A DNA stretch of 64,000 nucleotides from Eledone cirrhosa. Its lineage: Eukaryota. The stretch's first letter is position 1. Each line of letters begins with the position of its first letter. Both the position numbers and the translations under genes were made by a program. Shown piece by piece: positions 41,785 through 56,884 of this stretch. A model generated the notes under the pieces. It was not told the DNA's origin and did no database searches. It was given only the letters and a program-made list of their open reading frames with translations. Location of the stretch: the NCBI GenBank assembly GCA_964016885.1, contig OZ024743.1, forward strand, positions 275,466,001 to 275,530,000, written 5' to 3'.

Positions 41785-42023
41785 ATTGAGGAAAAGGAGG
41801 AGGAGAGGAAAGGAGTACAAGCTCTTCGTACTCCTGGAGATGAGGGTTGCACATTTTTTTCGGGGGTATGTGTTACCCATATAAACTGTCTCCCTCTATT
41901 GGGGAAAATCGACTAACTTTTAAATTCCATCTGTGATAACATTTTACACGTTTTTATTGTATGTAAACTTCCCCCTTTGTATTTGTCCCCTTCTTTTGTG
42001 CCCCTGTGGCTAATAAAGAAATA

Positions 42024-42065
<42 letters not shown>

Positions 42066-42067
<2 letters not shown>

Positions 42068-42162
42068 CATTTGTGATAACATTTTACACGTTTTTATTGT
42101 ATGTAAACTTCCCCCTTTGTATTTGTCCCCTTCTTTTGTGCCCCTGTGGCTAATAAAGAAAT
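42066..42162 (+). mobile_element. ~97-nt 3'-terminal copy of Tx1 family B
   Basis: Near-identical to 41926-42022; flanked by (ATCT)n. Confidence 0.9.
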
Positions 42163-42185
42163 CTATCTATCTATCTATCTATCTA

Positions 42186-42686
<501 letters not shown>

Positions 42687-42923
42687 ATTAATCTAGCTGT
42701 AGTCTGTTCTACAGCGTAGATGTAATTCACTTCGCGCAGAAGTTTTGTTTAAATTTATTGCGGAAATTTTGTAAGTTCAATTTTAATTTTGATACTATTG
42801 TGTAGCTTGACCCCCCGTCTGAACTGTCAGGTGGTGGGTCAGCTCATCTTTACCCCTCCTATGGGTGAAAAACCTGTTTTTAAAAAATTTTGTGGCATAA
42901 AAAATTTCAATCGTCTGACAGAA

Positions 42924-44832
42924 ATGTTAAACGAAGCTAACGAAAATAGTGGTGGGGGGACAGCGGTAAGAGTTGTAAGCTCGCACGCTTTAGTCCCCCT
43001 TCCTTCCCAACTAACGTCATAGAGAAGGAAGGAAAAAATAAAATAAAAACAGACGAATCTGCGGAGAAAAATGACGAAAACACAAATCTGGACATGGATT
43101 CCAACAACGAAAAAAAAAAATTTGAAAAATTGCATGACAATATTAATACCACAAACAAAGACACGACAAACACAAAAATAACATTTGAAAACAACATCAT
43201 AACAGAAAGCAAAGCAGACGACAAAGTCAACACCAATAATATTTCATTGCACAAACAACAAAGAAATCTTTGACATATATACCTGAAAATATTTAAGATG
43301 TGGTACAAAGAATTGCAGACGCCAAACAATATATAACTGAAGGAGAGAATGGTATTTTATCGGTAAAAATGCCTCAAGAACTCACCAAAGACATTGAAAG
43401 TCGAACGGTCGTTTTCCGCACCATCAACAACATTTCAAAAAAACCTGAACAGCCAACTCAAACAGAAATCAAAACAGTACTTACAGAAGTACTTAATGAA
43501 ACCACTTTCATAAGAAAAGACAGACTGTATGGAAGCCTAGCGATTATTATGAAGAACGAATCGGCGACAAAAAAATGTGCTTTGTCACCGATTCGTTCGA
43601 AAAATTTTACCATTTATCCATCTTATATGGGTAAAAGAACTCAACGCATATGGCTGGATGCAATGATGCCAGATGTGGACTACTGCTGGCTCATAGCTGG
43701 CTTCATCGATCCAGTGAATGACAACGTGATTTCCATTGGGAAAACCACAGGCAATGCGTTCAGTGGAACAGGTATAGAACTTGTAGTGCAAATGAAGCCT
43801 GAACGCATCGCCCAAATACCCGACAGAATCCTATTAGAGGGCCACGGGTATATAAACATTAGCGTGGAGGGGAGAAGGCCGTCCTGTCATATCTGTGCAG
43901 GCAGAGGGCACCTGAAGGCCGCTTGTCCCCAACTCAACAAAAAGAAAACCCTGCTACCAACACCAGCTCCACCACCACCACCACAACAGATAAATAAACA
44001 ACAAAACTCAGTCCCACCCAACCCGTCCCTCAGTAAAACTACACCACCACCACAACACAAACAGTCACAACACATTACCCCAAAACAAAATACAGGCCCA
44101 CCCAACCCCTCACTCAATAAAACAACACAACCACCGCAGCCACAATACACAACACAGTCTAACATAGTGACATCCATCTCCCCCACAAAGAAAACCAACA
44201 CGGAAACATTACCAGCAAACATACCTCTTCCCTCCAACACTGAAGATAACCCAACGAATTCGGAGGAAGAAACGGAGTCCTTCAGACAGATTAAAAGGAA
44301 AAAAAGAAAACATGTGCAAAACACACAAGGCCAAACAACCCCCACCCAAATGTCAACACAATCCAACAAAACACAAAACACCCCTCCAGCAACAAACAAA
44401 ACCAAACCTGCCCCTCCCCTCTTCGAAACACTCACACCATCCGAAAAAAAGACATTACACTATACTTACATCAACAGAAACAATAATAAATTAAATGAAC
44501 TCATAAACAATAATCCTTCGGTACAAACCGAAGGTGTAAACTTTGTTTCTTCAGAAAACTACCCACATTTAAAATTAATAAAGATCCCAATGAACCTCTA
44601 CCAAAAACTAAAAAAGGATTTTAAGGAGGACGTAGGACCACCCTCTGTCAAACCCATAAACCGCGTCCTACTAAAAAGCTTTCCCCCTCCCCTTCCCCTC
44701 CCCAACACAACTCCAAACACCTCAACCCCACCACACACTGACGACCCCACACCACCACAAGACACCCCTTCACCCAACACCCCCGACCCCATGGAAGTCG
44801 TGCGACCCGAACCCCGGGAAGCAGAAAGGTAG
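42924..44832 (+). pseudogene. ORF1 of element C, frameshifted near its 5' end
   Basis: MLNEANENSGGGTAVRV aligns with MNAASNDNGGGEAVRL of B; open 43300-44832 with CHICAGRGHLKAAC knuckle. Confidence 0.85.
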
Positions 44833-44865
44833 GTCTCTACACTCTCCTTTGGCTCTGCCGCCCAC

Positions 44866-47800
44866 ATGGATGTGTTAAGAGTAGGATGTTTGAATGCACG
44901 TGGCCTGGGCTCAACTTGGAAGCAAGCAAAGCTTCTAAATGACCTCAGGTCATGTGGTATAAATGTAATGGTTATCTGTGAGACTCGGATCAGCGTCGTG
45001 CGGCAGCTGGCCCCTACCTTCGATGACTTTGAGGTGCATGCATCTCTCTGTCAACCTGGAGGTGGGGGTGGGGTGGCCGTACTGCTGCAAAAACACCTGG
45101 GTCTTGCCGTACAGGTTGTTCACTCGGACCCGGAGGGTCGTTTGTTGGTGCTAGACGTTGGCAGTAGTGAAGGTGCGGCCTTGAGACTGGTCGCCGTCTA
45201 CTCCCCTTCCGGAGCTGAACGGCCCGACTTCTTCCAGCGTTTGGAGACTTTTCTGGGAACGTCGCGTTCCCTGCTTCTAGCGGGGGATTGGAATGACATC
45301 CTAGATGCACGTTGGGACTATGCAGGAGCATGTCCTAATAGAGGGGTGTGTAACAGCCTCAAGGGGTTACTCGACCGTTTTAACTTGGTCGATAGATATC
45401 GACTAGATTTTCCAACTGTGCCTACCTGGACTTGGAGAAACCACAGTGGTCAATCTAGATCGTACTTAGATAGATTCTTAGTTAGAAGTAAGGATAGGGA
45501 CATATTAAGCTGTCCAGAAATGCGCACGGTTGGCTATACGGATCACAAATTAGTGACCTGCGAGAAAACACATAAACAGGGTCCCGGTTACTGGAAACTT
45601 AATTTGTCTTTACCGGCAAAAGAGACTTACAGAAACCGGATTAGCAGATTAGTTAAGGAGAGGTTGACGGGTGCAATCGTCAACAACCGATGGTGGGCAT
45701 CTCTCAAAAGAGAGATTAGAACAGAATCAATAAGTTATAGCAAGATGTTAGCTGCCGATAGGAATAGAAACGAGAAAGAATTAACAGGTAAATTAGAAGA
45801 GGCAATCAAGAGCGAAGATGTGGCCAGAGTGCTGGCATCGAGGACGGCCTTGAACCAGTTTTTCGATGCAAATCACGAAGGCTGCGTCATTCGAAGTAAA
45901 ATACGTGCTCTAGGTAATGAGGGGGCCAAAGCCGTTGGCTGGGCCCGCGTGACAGAAGCTAAGAGTGGAAATCGATCCACCATCCGGTCGTTGCAAGACG
46001 AGGATGGACGGGTGATCCGGGAACCTAAGCAGATGTGCGAGGCCTTTCAAAGGCACTTTGCCCGATTATTCGGGGGAGGCGAGGGTCCGGGCGGGGACGT
46101 GGATTTCGGTCCATACCTCGACGGCCTGCCGCGTCTCTCGAGCGAAGAGGCAGAGTCCTGCGAGGGACCAATCTCGGCTGATGAGATCGGGGATGCGCTG
46201 AGCCAATGCAGCAGACGCAAATCTCCAGGTCTCGATGGTATACCTTACGAACTTTATTTAGCAATGCCGGTCTTCTTCTCCGAACTCCTCGAAGCGGTCT
46301 ACTGCAATTGGCAGCAGAACGGGAGAATTCCTTGTTCTGTAGCCAAGGGCGTAGTCTCGCTGGTGAGGAAGGACGAGAAAAAGGGGGATAGTATAAATAA
46401 TTTTCGGCCCATAACCCTGCTAAACACAGAGTTAAAGATTTTGGCCAAGGTGTTAGCAAAGAGGTTGGCGTTTGTCGTGGGTGGCCTGGTGGGAGATGCG
46501 CAGACATGTGCTATCCAATCCAGGTCCATTCACGATAACCTCCACCTCATGCGATACATCATAGAGAGGGTTGGCAACAAACCCGGCTTCGGTGGGGCCC
46601 TGATCAACTTGGATCAGTCTAAGGCCTTCGATAGGGTCGACCATGGTTACCTGGATGCGGTGCTAGCGGCGGCTGGGTTCGGTCCTGTTTTCAGAGGCTG
46701 GATCACTGCCTTACATAGAAACCACGTCTGTTCTAGGATCAAGGTGAACGGCTACCTTTCGAAGCCGTTCGAAATCACACGATCCATTCGACAGGGGTGC
46801 CCTCTCTCCTCCCTTCTGTACGTATTGACTCTCGAGCCTTTACTGAGGAAGTTAGAGTTGTTGCAGGGTATCCCCCTGGAACCAGGATTGAGCAAAGCGG
46901 TGTCGGCCTACGCCGATGACGTAACAGTAATGGTATCGACCGACTCGGAGATCGAGGCGATCGGTACCTTACTGGAGGATTACGAAAGGTTGTCAGGAGC
47001 GAAACTGAACCGGGAAAAATCCATCGGGCTGCAACTCGGAACGTGGAGAGGCAGACCGATGCCTCCCGACGGTGTCGTCGGACACTGGACGGAGGGCCCG
47101 GTGAAGTTGCTTGGGGTCTGGTTTGGACCGGACCTCCAGGTGGAAAAGAACTGGGACGAGGTTACGAACAAGGTGTTTGCACTAACCCAGAAATGGGCCA
47201 AGTGTAAGCTGTCCCTAAAAGGCCGGGCGGAGGTGGCGAACATTTACATAGCGTCCGTCACTTACTACCGCCTGACTGTCGTGCCTTGCCCTAAGGAAAC
47301 ACTCACCACCATGGAACGCATGCTCTTCCAATTTCTTTGGAAGAAGCGCCCTCCTATGGTGAGAAGATCCATCTGCTGCCAACACCCTTCGAAAGGAGGG
47401 CTGGGGATGCCGTGGTTGATGATGCGTAGTCACGCATTAAGGCTACGGCACCTACAGGTATTCCTCACTGGTCAACCGGTGTGGGCTCCGTTCGTGAAAC
47501 GAGCCTTTCCGAGACTCGTCTCGCTCACCGAGCTGCAGTCCTGGGTCAAGCAAAGATCCGGAAAACTGGGAGACTGGCACACTGAGTGTGCTCAGGCGCT
47601 CAGGGCTCTCTGGCAAGCGGGCCAGGCCATCGGTGGAGAATCCACCTCATCATTCTATAGAGGGCTGGTGGCTAGCAGGGGCGATGACACCCTTGGAGAG
47701 TCGCTGGACATGGAAGAGGACGAACTGGCCAGCCTGTTCGGTAGGACTTTCGGCCCGGGACCAATGGACAACTTCCAGAAGTCACTGGCCTGGCAGTGCT

Positions 47801-48291
47801 ACCGGGGGGCTCTACCCGTTCGAGAGAGGCACTACAGATACGGGCGCCCGGGCAGGGATCCCTCGAAAAAGATTTGCCCTAGATGAGTGCGTCACGAAGA
47901 AACCGTTGCGCACGCATTGGTGCAATGTCCGGGCGTGGCTGATCTGTGGGGCTACGCCGAACGACTGCTGTCGCGGGTGGCGCCGATTCAATTGACCGCC
48001 GAGTCCGTGATGACAATCAAACCGCCTCTCCTCTTCACAAAGGAAGCAAAGGCGGTTTTTCTGTGCGTAATAGCCATGTTGAAAGAGGTTGTTTGGTGGA
48101 CACGATTGAAAGGTCTGAGGTCAGGCAACTTCCTCTCTGGCCATAGTCTGGTCTACTTCTTCCGATATCACTTCGGAAGAAGGATAAGAATGGAGAGAGA
48201 GGTGCTTGGCCACAGGCAGTTTTATGAAAGGTGGGTGATAGTGGCGAGAATGGCTCGTGTAAATGGGCCTTCTCTGTATACCATCGTGTAG
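44866..48291 (+). pseudogene. ORF2 of element C (APE-RT) with in-frame TGA at 47884-47886
   Basis: Colinear with B ORF2; CPR* where B has CPRC; frame continues to VNGPSLYTIV*. Confidence 0.92.
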
Positions 48292-49912
48292 GTAAAGAAG
48301 TGAAGGAGAGGGGAGCACCTTCTCCATGTGCTCCCCGGGCAAAGGATTGCACACTTTTTCGGGGGTGTGTGCAACCCCCATCACGTCCCCTCCCTTTTGA
48401 GGTTGTTTTCGATTATTTTCATTTTTACTCGATTTTTTACTCGATTGTATGTAAACTCCCCCTTTGTATTTGTCCCTTCTTTTTATGCCTTTATGGTAAA
48501 TAAAGAAATATATCTATCTATCTATGTCTGTCTGTCAGCCTGTCTGCCTTTCTCTCTCTCTATCCTTTTGTTATCTATCTAGCCATACGTCTTTCTATCT
48601 TTCTTTTTATCTATCTATCAATCTATTTGTCCGTATGTCTTTCTTTTTATTTCTAATTATCTGTCTATTTATCTGTCTATCTGTCTGTCTGTCTATCTAT
48701 ATCTATCTGTCAATCTATATCTGTCTGCCCATCCTCCATTCACATCTATTCATCTTTTTGTTTGTCTGTGTTTGTCTCTATCTGCCACTTCTCTCTTAAT
48801 ATATGTCTTCTTCTTCTCTATCACCATATACATACATCAATGTAATAAGACAAATGCGTTATATTTAAGATAGCGAGTTCACACCACTACATTATTTTAT
48901 TATTTTTTTGTGTGATTTTAGCCATTGGATTGTGGCCAGAGTTTATAGTCGATTATATCTTAAATACTTTATCTATTGGGCGTAACTGGTGTTAGTTATC
49001 ACGTCTTCCTCTTTTCTCTCATCTCCTTGTTTCTTTCTATCTCCTCTCTTTCCCCATTTCTCTTCTTCTCTCTGTCTCTCCCTCTGTCTTCCGTTCCCTC
49101 TATCTCCCCCTATATTTTCCCATCTCTCTTCTTCACTCTGTCTCCATCTCTTGCCCTCTCTCTTTCCTCTCTCTCTCTCACTCTCTGTCTTCCATCTCTG
49201 TCTTCTTCTCCCTCTATCTTCCTCCTCTGCCTCTCTTTCTCTCCCTCTATCTTCCACTCCCCTCTCTGTCTCCTCCCCCTCTCTCTGTATACTTCCCCCT
49301 ACTCTCCTCATCTCTCCCTGCTCACCTTCCATGGACTACTTTCATTAAATGTTTATTCTTACTTTTAAATCCTCATCAGGCTAATTGTTGTATTATGGAC
49401 TGTTGTGAAATGAAATCCTCCCACCATCAACGCCAGAATTATCAACCACCAACCACCAAAGACCCTAACAGTCTCCCACCACCATCCACCCACTACTACC
49501 ACCACCATTACCACTACCACCATAACCACACAATGATTCCCCACGAGCACCACTATCACCACCTTTACAACAATAAACACCAGCCTCCACCGACAATACG
49601 ACCACTATGACAACAACAACACAAACACCACCATCACTACCACCATCACCACCACCATCACCACCAACATCACCACCAACAACAACACCATCACCACCGC
49701 CTCCACTACCACCGCCAACATCACCATCATCACCGCCACCAACACCGACACTTCAACAACATAAGCTAAACAAGCTATAGCTTAGCAGCCCCCCCCCCCA
49801 CACACACACACAAAACAGCGACAATTTGTCGCTGACATAGGACATCTGGACATATAAAGGGCCCCATTATCTCAAATAGCTTAGGGCCTCATCAAATCTA
49901 AATCAGGCCCTG

Positions 49913-49945
<33 letters not shown>

Positions 49946-51016
49946 GTCATCGGCGTCGTTGTCACCTTCATCAGAGTCACTATCATCATCAACATCGACG
50001 TCGTTGTCACCATCATCATTCTCTTCGTCGTCGTCGTCATCGTCGCCATCGTCGTCGTCGTCAATGTCGTCGCCATCGTTGTGGTCGTCGTCATCAATTC
50101 CACCCCAGTCTGGTCATATTTCTCTCTTATCAGTACCAATACCCACCCCACCCCCTTGTTTATACGACAACCTACCCGACCGAGCGTAATTCATTAAATC
50201 CTGCTAATACACTTATCGAACTAGACGCACGCATGCACAAACATGCACACAGCTCACACACATATACACACACATACATAAGCACACATCCGAAAACTCA
50301 CATATGTGCACATACACATGCATTCACACACACACACACAAGCATATAACCATATATTCAAGTCTAGATACATAGAAGCACACAGGAGTGCAAAGTATCG
50401 TACACACATACACTTACATACATACATATGCACACACATATACGTACACAGACACGCGCGCGCACATTCGTACACATACACATACATGTATATACATATA
50501 CTCACAAACATATGCAGGTACGCACATACACACGTACACAGCACCGCGCCTCCATCACATTAGCACACACACACAACAATATCTACACGGAGAGGAATAC
50601 TTACACACGTATACAAACATACTCTCGTACACACACACACACACGCAACCTCTCTCTCACACACACACACTCTCTCTCTCTCACACACAGTCTCTCTCAC
50701 ACACACACACACTCTCTCTTACACACACCCTCTCTCTCTCTCTCTTTCACACACACACTCAATCTCACACACACTCTCTTTGGCATACACACCCTCTCTC
50801 TCTCTCATACACACTCTCTCTCTCACACACACATACACATCCTCTCTCTCTCACAGGCACCCTTTCTCTCACACACACACCCTCTCTCTCTCACAGGTAC
50901 CCTCTCTCACACACACACCCTCTCTCTCTCTCTCTCTCTCCCTATCTCATACACACACACACACACACCCTCTCTCACACACACACCCGCTCTCTCTCTC
51001 TCACACACACATTCCC

Positions 51017-51055
<39 letters not shown>

Positions 51056-51699
51056 CTCTCTCTCTCTCACCCCCTCTCTCTCTCTCACACACACACACAC
51101 TCTCTCGCCCCCCCTCTCTCTCTCACAGACTCACGAGACACAAACCTATGCACAGCACGCTACAACATACACTCGACACGAATCACTGAAATATCGTTTC
51201 TCAGATGTCTTGTGGAAAGGATGAAACACAATGTTACCAAATTACTTTTGGCACCGAGATTATATTGGAGATATACATCTTCTTCAGGAACTGGCTACAA
51301 TGTAAGTAAGGACCTGGTGATTTCTGTTAACTCTTAGGTTACCTGCTTAACCCTTTTTATACCAACCCACCTGGAACTTTTAAAGTGTTTATATTCATCT
51401 AAAAAAAATCTTCCATCATAATTTTATATTTATCTAAGAATCTTTCATCATACTTTTATATTTATTTTAAAATGTTCTCCTCCTCCTCCTCCTCCTCCTC
51501 CTCCTCCTCCTCCTCCTCCTCCTTCTTCTTCCTGGAAGAGTCGTGGGAGCAGAGTCCTCAAACACTCCTTCCAGTGGATCCTCTCAGAAGCAACCGTCTT
51601 CAACTGATCCGGCTCGATCCCCAAGCGTGACCAGCCAAGCTCATGGATGTTAATCTTCCATCATAATTATATATTTATCTAAAAATCTTCCATTATATC

Positions 51700-52210
51700 A
51701 GTAGGGTCGGACGCCATGCTTTGACGCATAGAGTTACGGCCCTTGCCATTCTGAGTTCAAATCCCGCCGAGGTTAACTTTGTCGTTCTTCCTTACGGGGT
51801 CGATAAAATAAAGTACCAGTAATGCACTGGGTAATTGCTGGGCTTGTGCCAAAAGTAGAAACAATTATATCAGTATCGGTGAATTGGCAGTATCCGGTAG
51901 AGGGTCGGACGCCATTCTTTGCAGTATAGAGTTATGGCCCTTTGCGTTCTGAGTTCAAATCCCGCCGAGGTTAACTTTCCCTTTCATCCTTACGGGGTCG
52001 ATAAAGTAAAGCACCAGTAATGCACTAGAGTAATTGCTGGCCTTGTGCGAAAAGTAGAAAACATTATATTATAGTGGTTTCAACATTGGATAGAATGTTT
52101 TGCTGCATTTACTCAGGATCTCTATGCTCTCCGTTCAAATCCGTCGAGGTCAACTTTGCCTTTCATCTTTTCGAGGTCGATAAAAAAAAAGTACTAGTCT
52201 AGTACTGGAG
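51700..52210 (+). mobile_element. Three tandem tRNA-derived SINE copies
   Basis: Repeated GTTCAAATCCCG.CGAGGT.AACTTT and conserved centre. Confidence 0.85.
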
Positions 52211-52615
52211 TAGATAGATTCTTCCCCCATATCTCTGTCGCATTTCCTCTCTATTACACCCTCTCTTTTACTGGAAGAAATTCGCTGAGTTCAAACCTGG
52301 AGAGGGAATGGGCTCCGCTAGGTTTTGAAAAATGTTGTTTACTTTAAAGTGTTTATATTTATCTATAATTCTTCCAATATATTTTGTATTTCCTGTTTAA
52401 AACCTTTTTGATACTAAATGACTTGAAATCACCCCAGGCTCGACGACACTAAGGTGTTTACTTTGAGGTGTTTATATTTATCTTTAAAAAATCTTCCATC
52501 ATCATTTTATGTAAGAAGCTTTGTTAAGTTATTTTCCAAACACCAGCTTAATAATAAGAAAGAATGACTCTTCCAGCAACACAGCAACACTAACAGCAAC
52601 GACAACAACAACAAT

Positions 52616-52646
<31 letters not shown>

Positions 52647-53744
52647 TCAACAACAACAAACGCAACAGCAATAGCAATAACAACAACAACAAAAGACAAT
52701 AGCAACCAGAAAGTTAGTTATATTACCAAATCCCTCCAAATTCCAGATTTTCAAAGTTATTCGAAAATCATGGGCAGTATCTTTCATTAGGAACACGGTA
52801 ACGAAAGGTTGGCCAGTTTTAACCAGTTTCAGACGATTTCAACTAGTTTTGTACACTTTTAATCTTCTGCAATTTATTTTTAAAGTTCAAATCCCGCTGA
52901 GGTCAATTTTATCTTTCAGACGTTCGGAAGTGTGTGTGTGTGGGGGGGGGGGGGGGGTTAGTCTAGACGTGGGGGAGTGCGTCAATTCTTCGCTCTCTTT
53001 GTTTCTGTTTCTCTCTGTATTGTACCTGTAATTCAAAAGGTCAAGCATTATAAAGTTTATAATGTAAAGTATATGTGTGGGGCGAAAATAAATTAATGAA
53101 ATTCATAAACTAGTTTCTAAAGTTATTTGGATATTTAAGTACTTTCATGTCATTTCTTTCTTTCTAAAATTCTACTAAATTATTATTGCCGTGAACAGGT
53201 CTGTGCAAAGCTGAGGTAGACCTAAGCCAGATATAAAATTTGGTTAAAGATTCTGGCCATATATAAAATGTAAGCCCAATTTAGTAATCAGTGCTTAAAA
53301 CATATGATTTATGTATGGGTTATGCATGTAACTCATACAAGAACCATATGATGTATTTAGTAATGACAGCACAGAATAAAAGAGTTAAAACTTAACGAGA
53401 ATAGGCCCTTGAAAATCGTAGGCCTGTGTCAACTGACCTATCTGGACCCATCCCTTTGTGCTGACCTGTCTGTGGAATCCAATGTTAGTCGACTCAGATA
53501 TTCCCGGTAAATCTTGTTATTTTTTAAATCTTTTTAGCCAGTTTCAGTCAATTATAACCAGCCTTGTCCCACATATCGTTTCCTCCTCTATAATTTTCTG
53601 TCAAATTCTCGTCACTGTGAGATTCTGCGTTAATCTACGCCAGTGGTTTACAAACTGTGTCGCGGACCAGCGAGTTTGTTTTCAAAATGTGAAATAGAAA
53701 TTGAAATTCGTAGTAAAGTTACAACTTACTCAAGCTTCGCTGCC

Positions 53745-53945
53745 CGAAAAGCTGAAGATCGGAAGCCAAGTATCGGCCGCTCTCCGATAGGTTTGTTGTC
53801 GAACTAGTAGTAATGGAGAGTCTGGCGTTCTTGGTCCCCGGACCATCTCCCTATTCACTACTATCAGTTGGAATGGCTGTTCAAACGCGTCTCCTTCACC
53901 ATCTTCCGGGGCAACGCTTTCTCCATTCTATCCACTAGGACCACG
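53745..53945 (+). pseudogene. CRE-like non-LTR restriction-like endonuclease remnant
   Basis: AEDRK/KYRPLSDRFVVELVVMESL...WLFKRVSFTIFRGNAFSIL. Confidence 0.6.
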
Positions 53946-54783
53946 AGGCGACCAGCTCCTGGGATCCTGCATGCCAGAGAGCTCTCCCCAACACCACCGG
54001 GCCTGTGTCACAGAGGTAGCGATATTTAAGCACCCTTTAGGGGATCTACGGTCATCAATTATAAAGAATCGCTTGCAACGATGTTGAAATACACTTACCA
54101 TCAAAATTATTCCAACAAGTCACCCTCTCATAATAACTCTCAAAGTGGGAAACAATGAAAGCAAGTATATATATTATTTCTGTATCCATATAGACCCAGC
54201 CCTCAATTCCACAATTTCTTACCTGTCCACTCTTCCTGTCGGACGGGGAGATCCCCCACCCACTTTGGGTATAGCTTTTATTATGTAAAATCTCCCCATT
54301 TTGTCTCATTTCTCCCCGTTTTGGGGAAGTTTTTTCGTGCTACTCCCCGTTCGGGTTTTTAGAGGTTGGCAGGTCTGAAAGTTTGTTGAATAAGATACCT
54401 GTGTGTGTAGTGAGTTGTTGCTGTTACTTTTGTTTATTCTCCAGGTCAGTCCTGATCGAATATACATATGGTCAACGGCACCATTGCCACTCCGACTTCT
54501 TTAGGAAAAAGTGGTATATAAGATTAAATTACGTCATCTTTTCTTTCCTTGAACAAAAACAAAACAAAACAAAACAAAAAACAAAATGATAGAATGAAAT
54601 TTAAGGAAGATTTGGCTGCTTTTTCCAGCAAATTAAACTAAGATAGAAGTGGAAAGTTAGACACACCAGCTATCGTATGGTGTTAATAAACCAGAACGAG
54701 GCTGGGGTGAATGTCCGTTTCAATTTTAAGGCAGACAGTAGGAAAGAAAAGAGTGCTGTAGCGTGAGACTGAGTGCCAGAGTA

Positions 54784-54981
54784 CGAGGGTCGGCTGAAAG
54801 GTTCATAGGCTGACCAAGATACTCTCAGGGAATGGCTAAATGAGGTTTATTTTTCAACATAGTCCCTGGAAAGAAACAATGCAGTTATCAATAAGAAGAG
54901 TTGAAATTAATGCATGCAAGATTTCACAGCTCTAGTATCACTCCTTCATAATCAGCCTATGAACTTTTCAGCTGAGTCTCG
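54784..54981. mobile_element. mariner-type MITE
   Basis: TA-CGAGGGTCGGCTGAAAGGTTCATAGGCTG...CAGCCTATGAACTTTTCAGCTGAGTCTCG-TA; related copy ~6500-6750. Confidence 0.85.
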
Positions 54982-55085
54982 TATTTATTTTACACAGCAA
55001 TAGAAGCTAAGGTCCACTGAATAGAAGTTAAGGTCCACAGCAATAGAAGCTAAGGTCCACTCAACACACCTTTTTTAATTGATAA

Positions 55086-55708
55086 CTAGCAGAAAAACCA
55101 CCCTTCGGGTGGTTTTCTGCTAGCATGTGTAGTGTGTATATTGATATTATATGCAGGTATACAGTATATACATGTAGATATGATACATCAAATAAAATCG
55201 TAAGTAACGTAATCCATTATACATTAAAAAAAGACGATATTATATATAAACTGTATTAGGAGAAAATTAGTGACGGAAAATTAGTATGTTTATTTAAGCG
55301 ATCGCCACCGGAAGTGTTGACATTTCAGAAATTTTAAAGAAGTGAATCTTTAAATACACAAAATATATTTAATGAACAGCCACGAAATTTAGTAGATACA
55401 TTATGTAATATTCATTCATTATTTATTCAAAGTGGCGGTGGATTGGCAGTATCGGTAGAGGGTCGGACGCCATGCTTTCCAGCATAGTTACGTCCCTTTA
55501 CGGTCTGAGTTCAAATCCCGCCGAGGTTGACTTTGCCTTTCATCCTTATGGGGTTGATAAAATAAAGTACCAGTAATGCACTGGGTAATTGCTGGCCTTG
55601 TGCCTAAAGTAGAAACAAGTATTCAAAGTAATCCAACTTATTTTACAAACGGGATAAAAAAAATAAACCGTACGCAATCCCGCAGACCTTCCTTTATTAT
55701 AGTTTAGA
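55086..55708 (-). mobile_element. Non-autonomous Helitron with nested SINE (55433-55617)
   Basis: Minus strand: A|TC start, subterminal hairpin ACCACCCgaaGGGTGGT, CTAG|T end. Confidence 0.7.
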
Positions 55709-56044
55709 TAATTTTATCATGAAATGAAAAGACAATGTTGAAAGATTTAACTTAGATGTACACAACCACAAGGATATGGTCCGAACGTGGAAGAGCCGAA
55801 TTCCCACTGTCATCGTCCCCCTCTCTCTCGCCCTCCCCATCTCTCTGTATGGTAAGCAAATAGGGTCCCACGTGCTGGCCTCCCCCACAGCCCCGGCGGA
55901 CAGAATGGAGACAGCGTTTCCCCAGAGGATGGTAAGGGAGATGCCTTGAGTCGGAAATTATTTCTTCCTGAACTATGGTCGCATTTTCTTAGATATCACT
56001 GTCGTCGTCGTGGTTATTATTCTTACTATTGTTATCGTCATCGA

Positions 56045-56330
56045 GGACGGTGGATTGGCAGTATCGTTAGAGCGTGTGACATTATCCTTTGCGGCATATA
56101 GTTACGGCCCTTTACATTCTGAGTTCAAATCCTGCCGAAGTTAGCTTTGCTTTTCATCCTTACGGGGTCGATAAAATAAAGTACCAGTCACGTACTGGGG
56201 TTCGATTTAATCGACTTTCACCTCTCCCAAAAATGTCGGCCTTGTGCCTTAATCAGAAACCATTATTGTTGTCGCCTCGGGCCAGTTTTATGAACATTAT
56301 TGCTGGCCTTGTGTCTTAAGTAGAAGCTAT
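56045..56330 (+). mobile_element. tRNA-derived SINE, long variant with doubled tail
   Basis: Same head and centre; GGCCTTGTG tail occurs twice. Further copies at 57136-57245 (+) and 59203-59322 (-). Confidence 0.8.
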
Positions 56331-56689
56331 TATCTTAACCTTAAATACCTTTCTGGAACCTGTACACCAATTTCTCATTGTCTGATTAATGGGAGTTAAA
56401 ATGTAAAGTTAGCCTACAATGTTTATTCAAACAAGATTTACTACCAGAGAAAAGCAATCCCAGATGGTGGTAATTTGCCAGCTATTGTTTTCAACATTTT
56501 GTTGAAATATATATTGAAGGTTTTGACATATATGTATATGTTTCTTTGTGCTTGGAAAATTAATTATTAAACAATAGTCCAGCTGAGTTTAAAAGAAGCT
56601 TATATCGTAAAGTATGTGTGTGGAGTGAAAGCAATTTAGCAAGGTGGTTGTTTTTTTTTTAATGAAATTCATAAACTAGGTTCTAAATT

Positions 56690-56884
56690 CAGACCTGTCA
56701 ACTCTCCTCGTCTGACGGGGAGATCTCCCACCGAGTTTGGAGTGGGTGGGAGATGTCTTCTCTTGTGGAAACCGGTATAGCTTTCATTATGTGAAATCTA
56801 CCCATTTTGCCTCATTTCTCCCCGTTTTGGGGCACTTTTTTTCATGGTACTACCCATTTAGGTTTTTAGAGGTTGGCAGGTCTG
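56690..56884. mobile_element. MITE inserted in an older repeat
   Basis: TIR CAGACCTGTCAAC...GTTGGCAGGTCTG; empty homologous site at ~53110-53130; second copy ~54220-54377. Confidence 0.75.

Larger units (their letters stand above)
36179..42022 (+). mobile_element. Tx1-like non-LTR retrotransposon B, full-length and intact
   Basis: 5' UTR, two open ORFs, 3' UTR with AATAAA; (ATCT)n on both sides. Confidence 0.95.
42687..48509 (+). mobile_element. Tx1-like element C, full-length, inactivated
   Basis: 5' UTR homologous to B; damaged ORF1 and ORF2; ends AATAAAGAAAT+(ATCT)n. Confidence 0.93.

Noticed and set aside
47884-47886. TGA at a zinc-finger Cys in element C as recoding
   Set aside because: A and B have TGC, and C carries other lesions; a nonsense mutation is simpler
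55860-55920. GC-rich stretch loosely resembling an HDV-like ribozyme
   Set aside because: Could not assign the nested double pseudoknot
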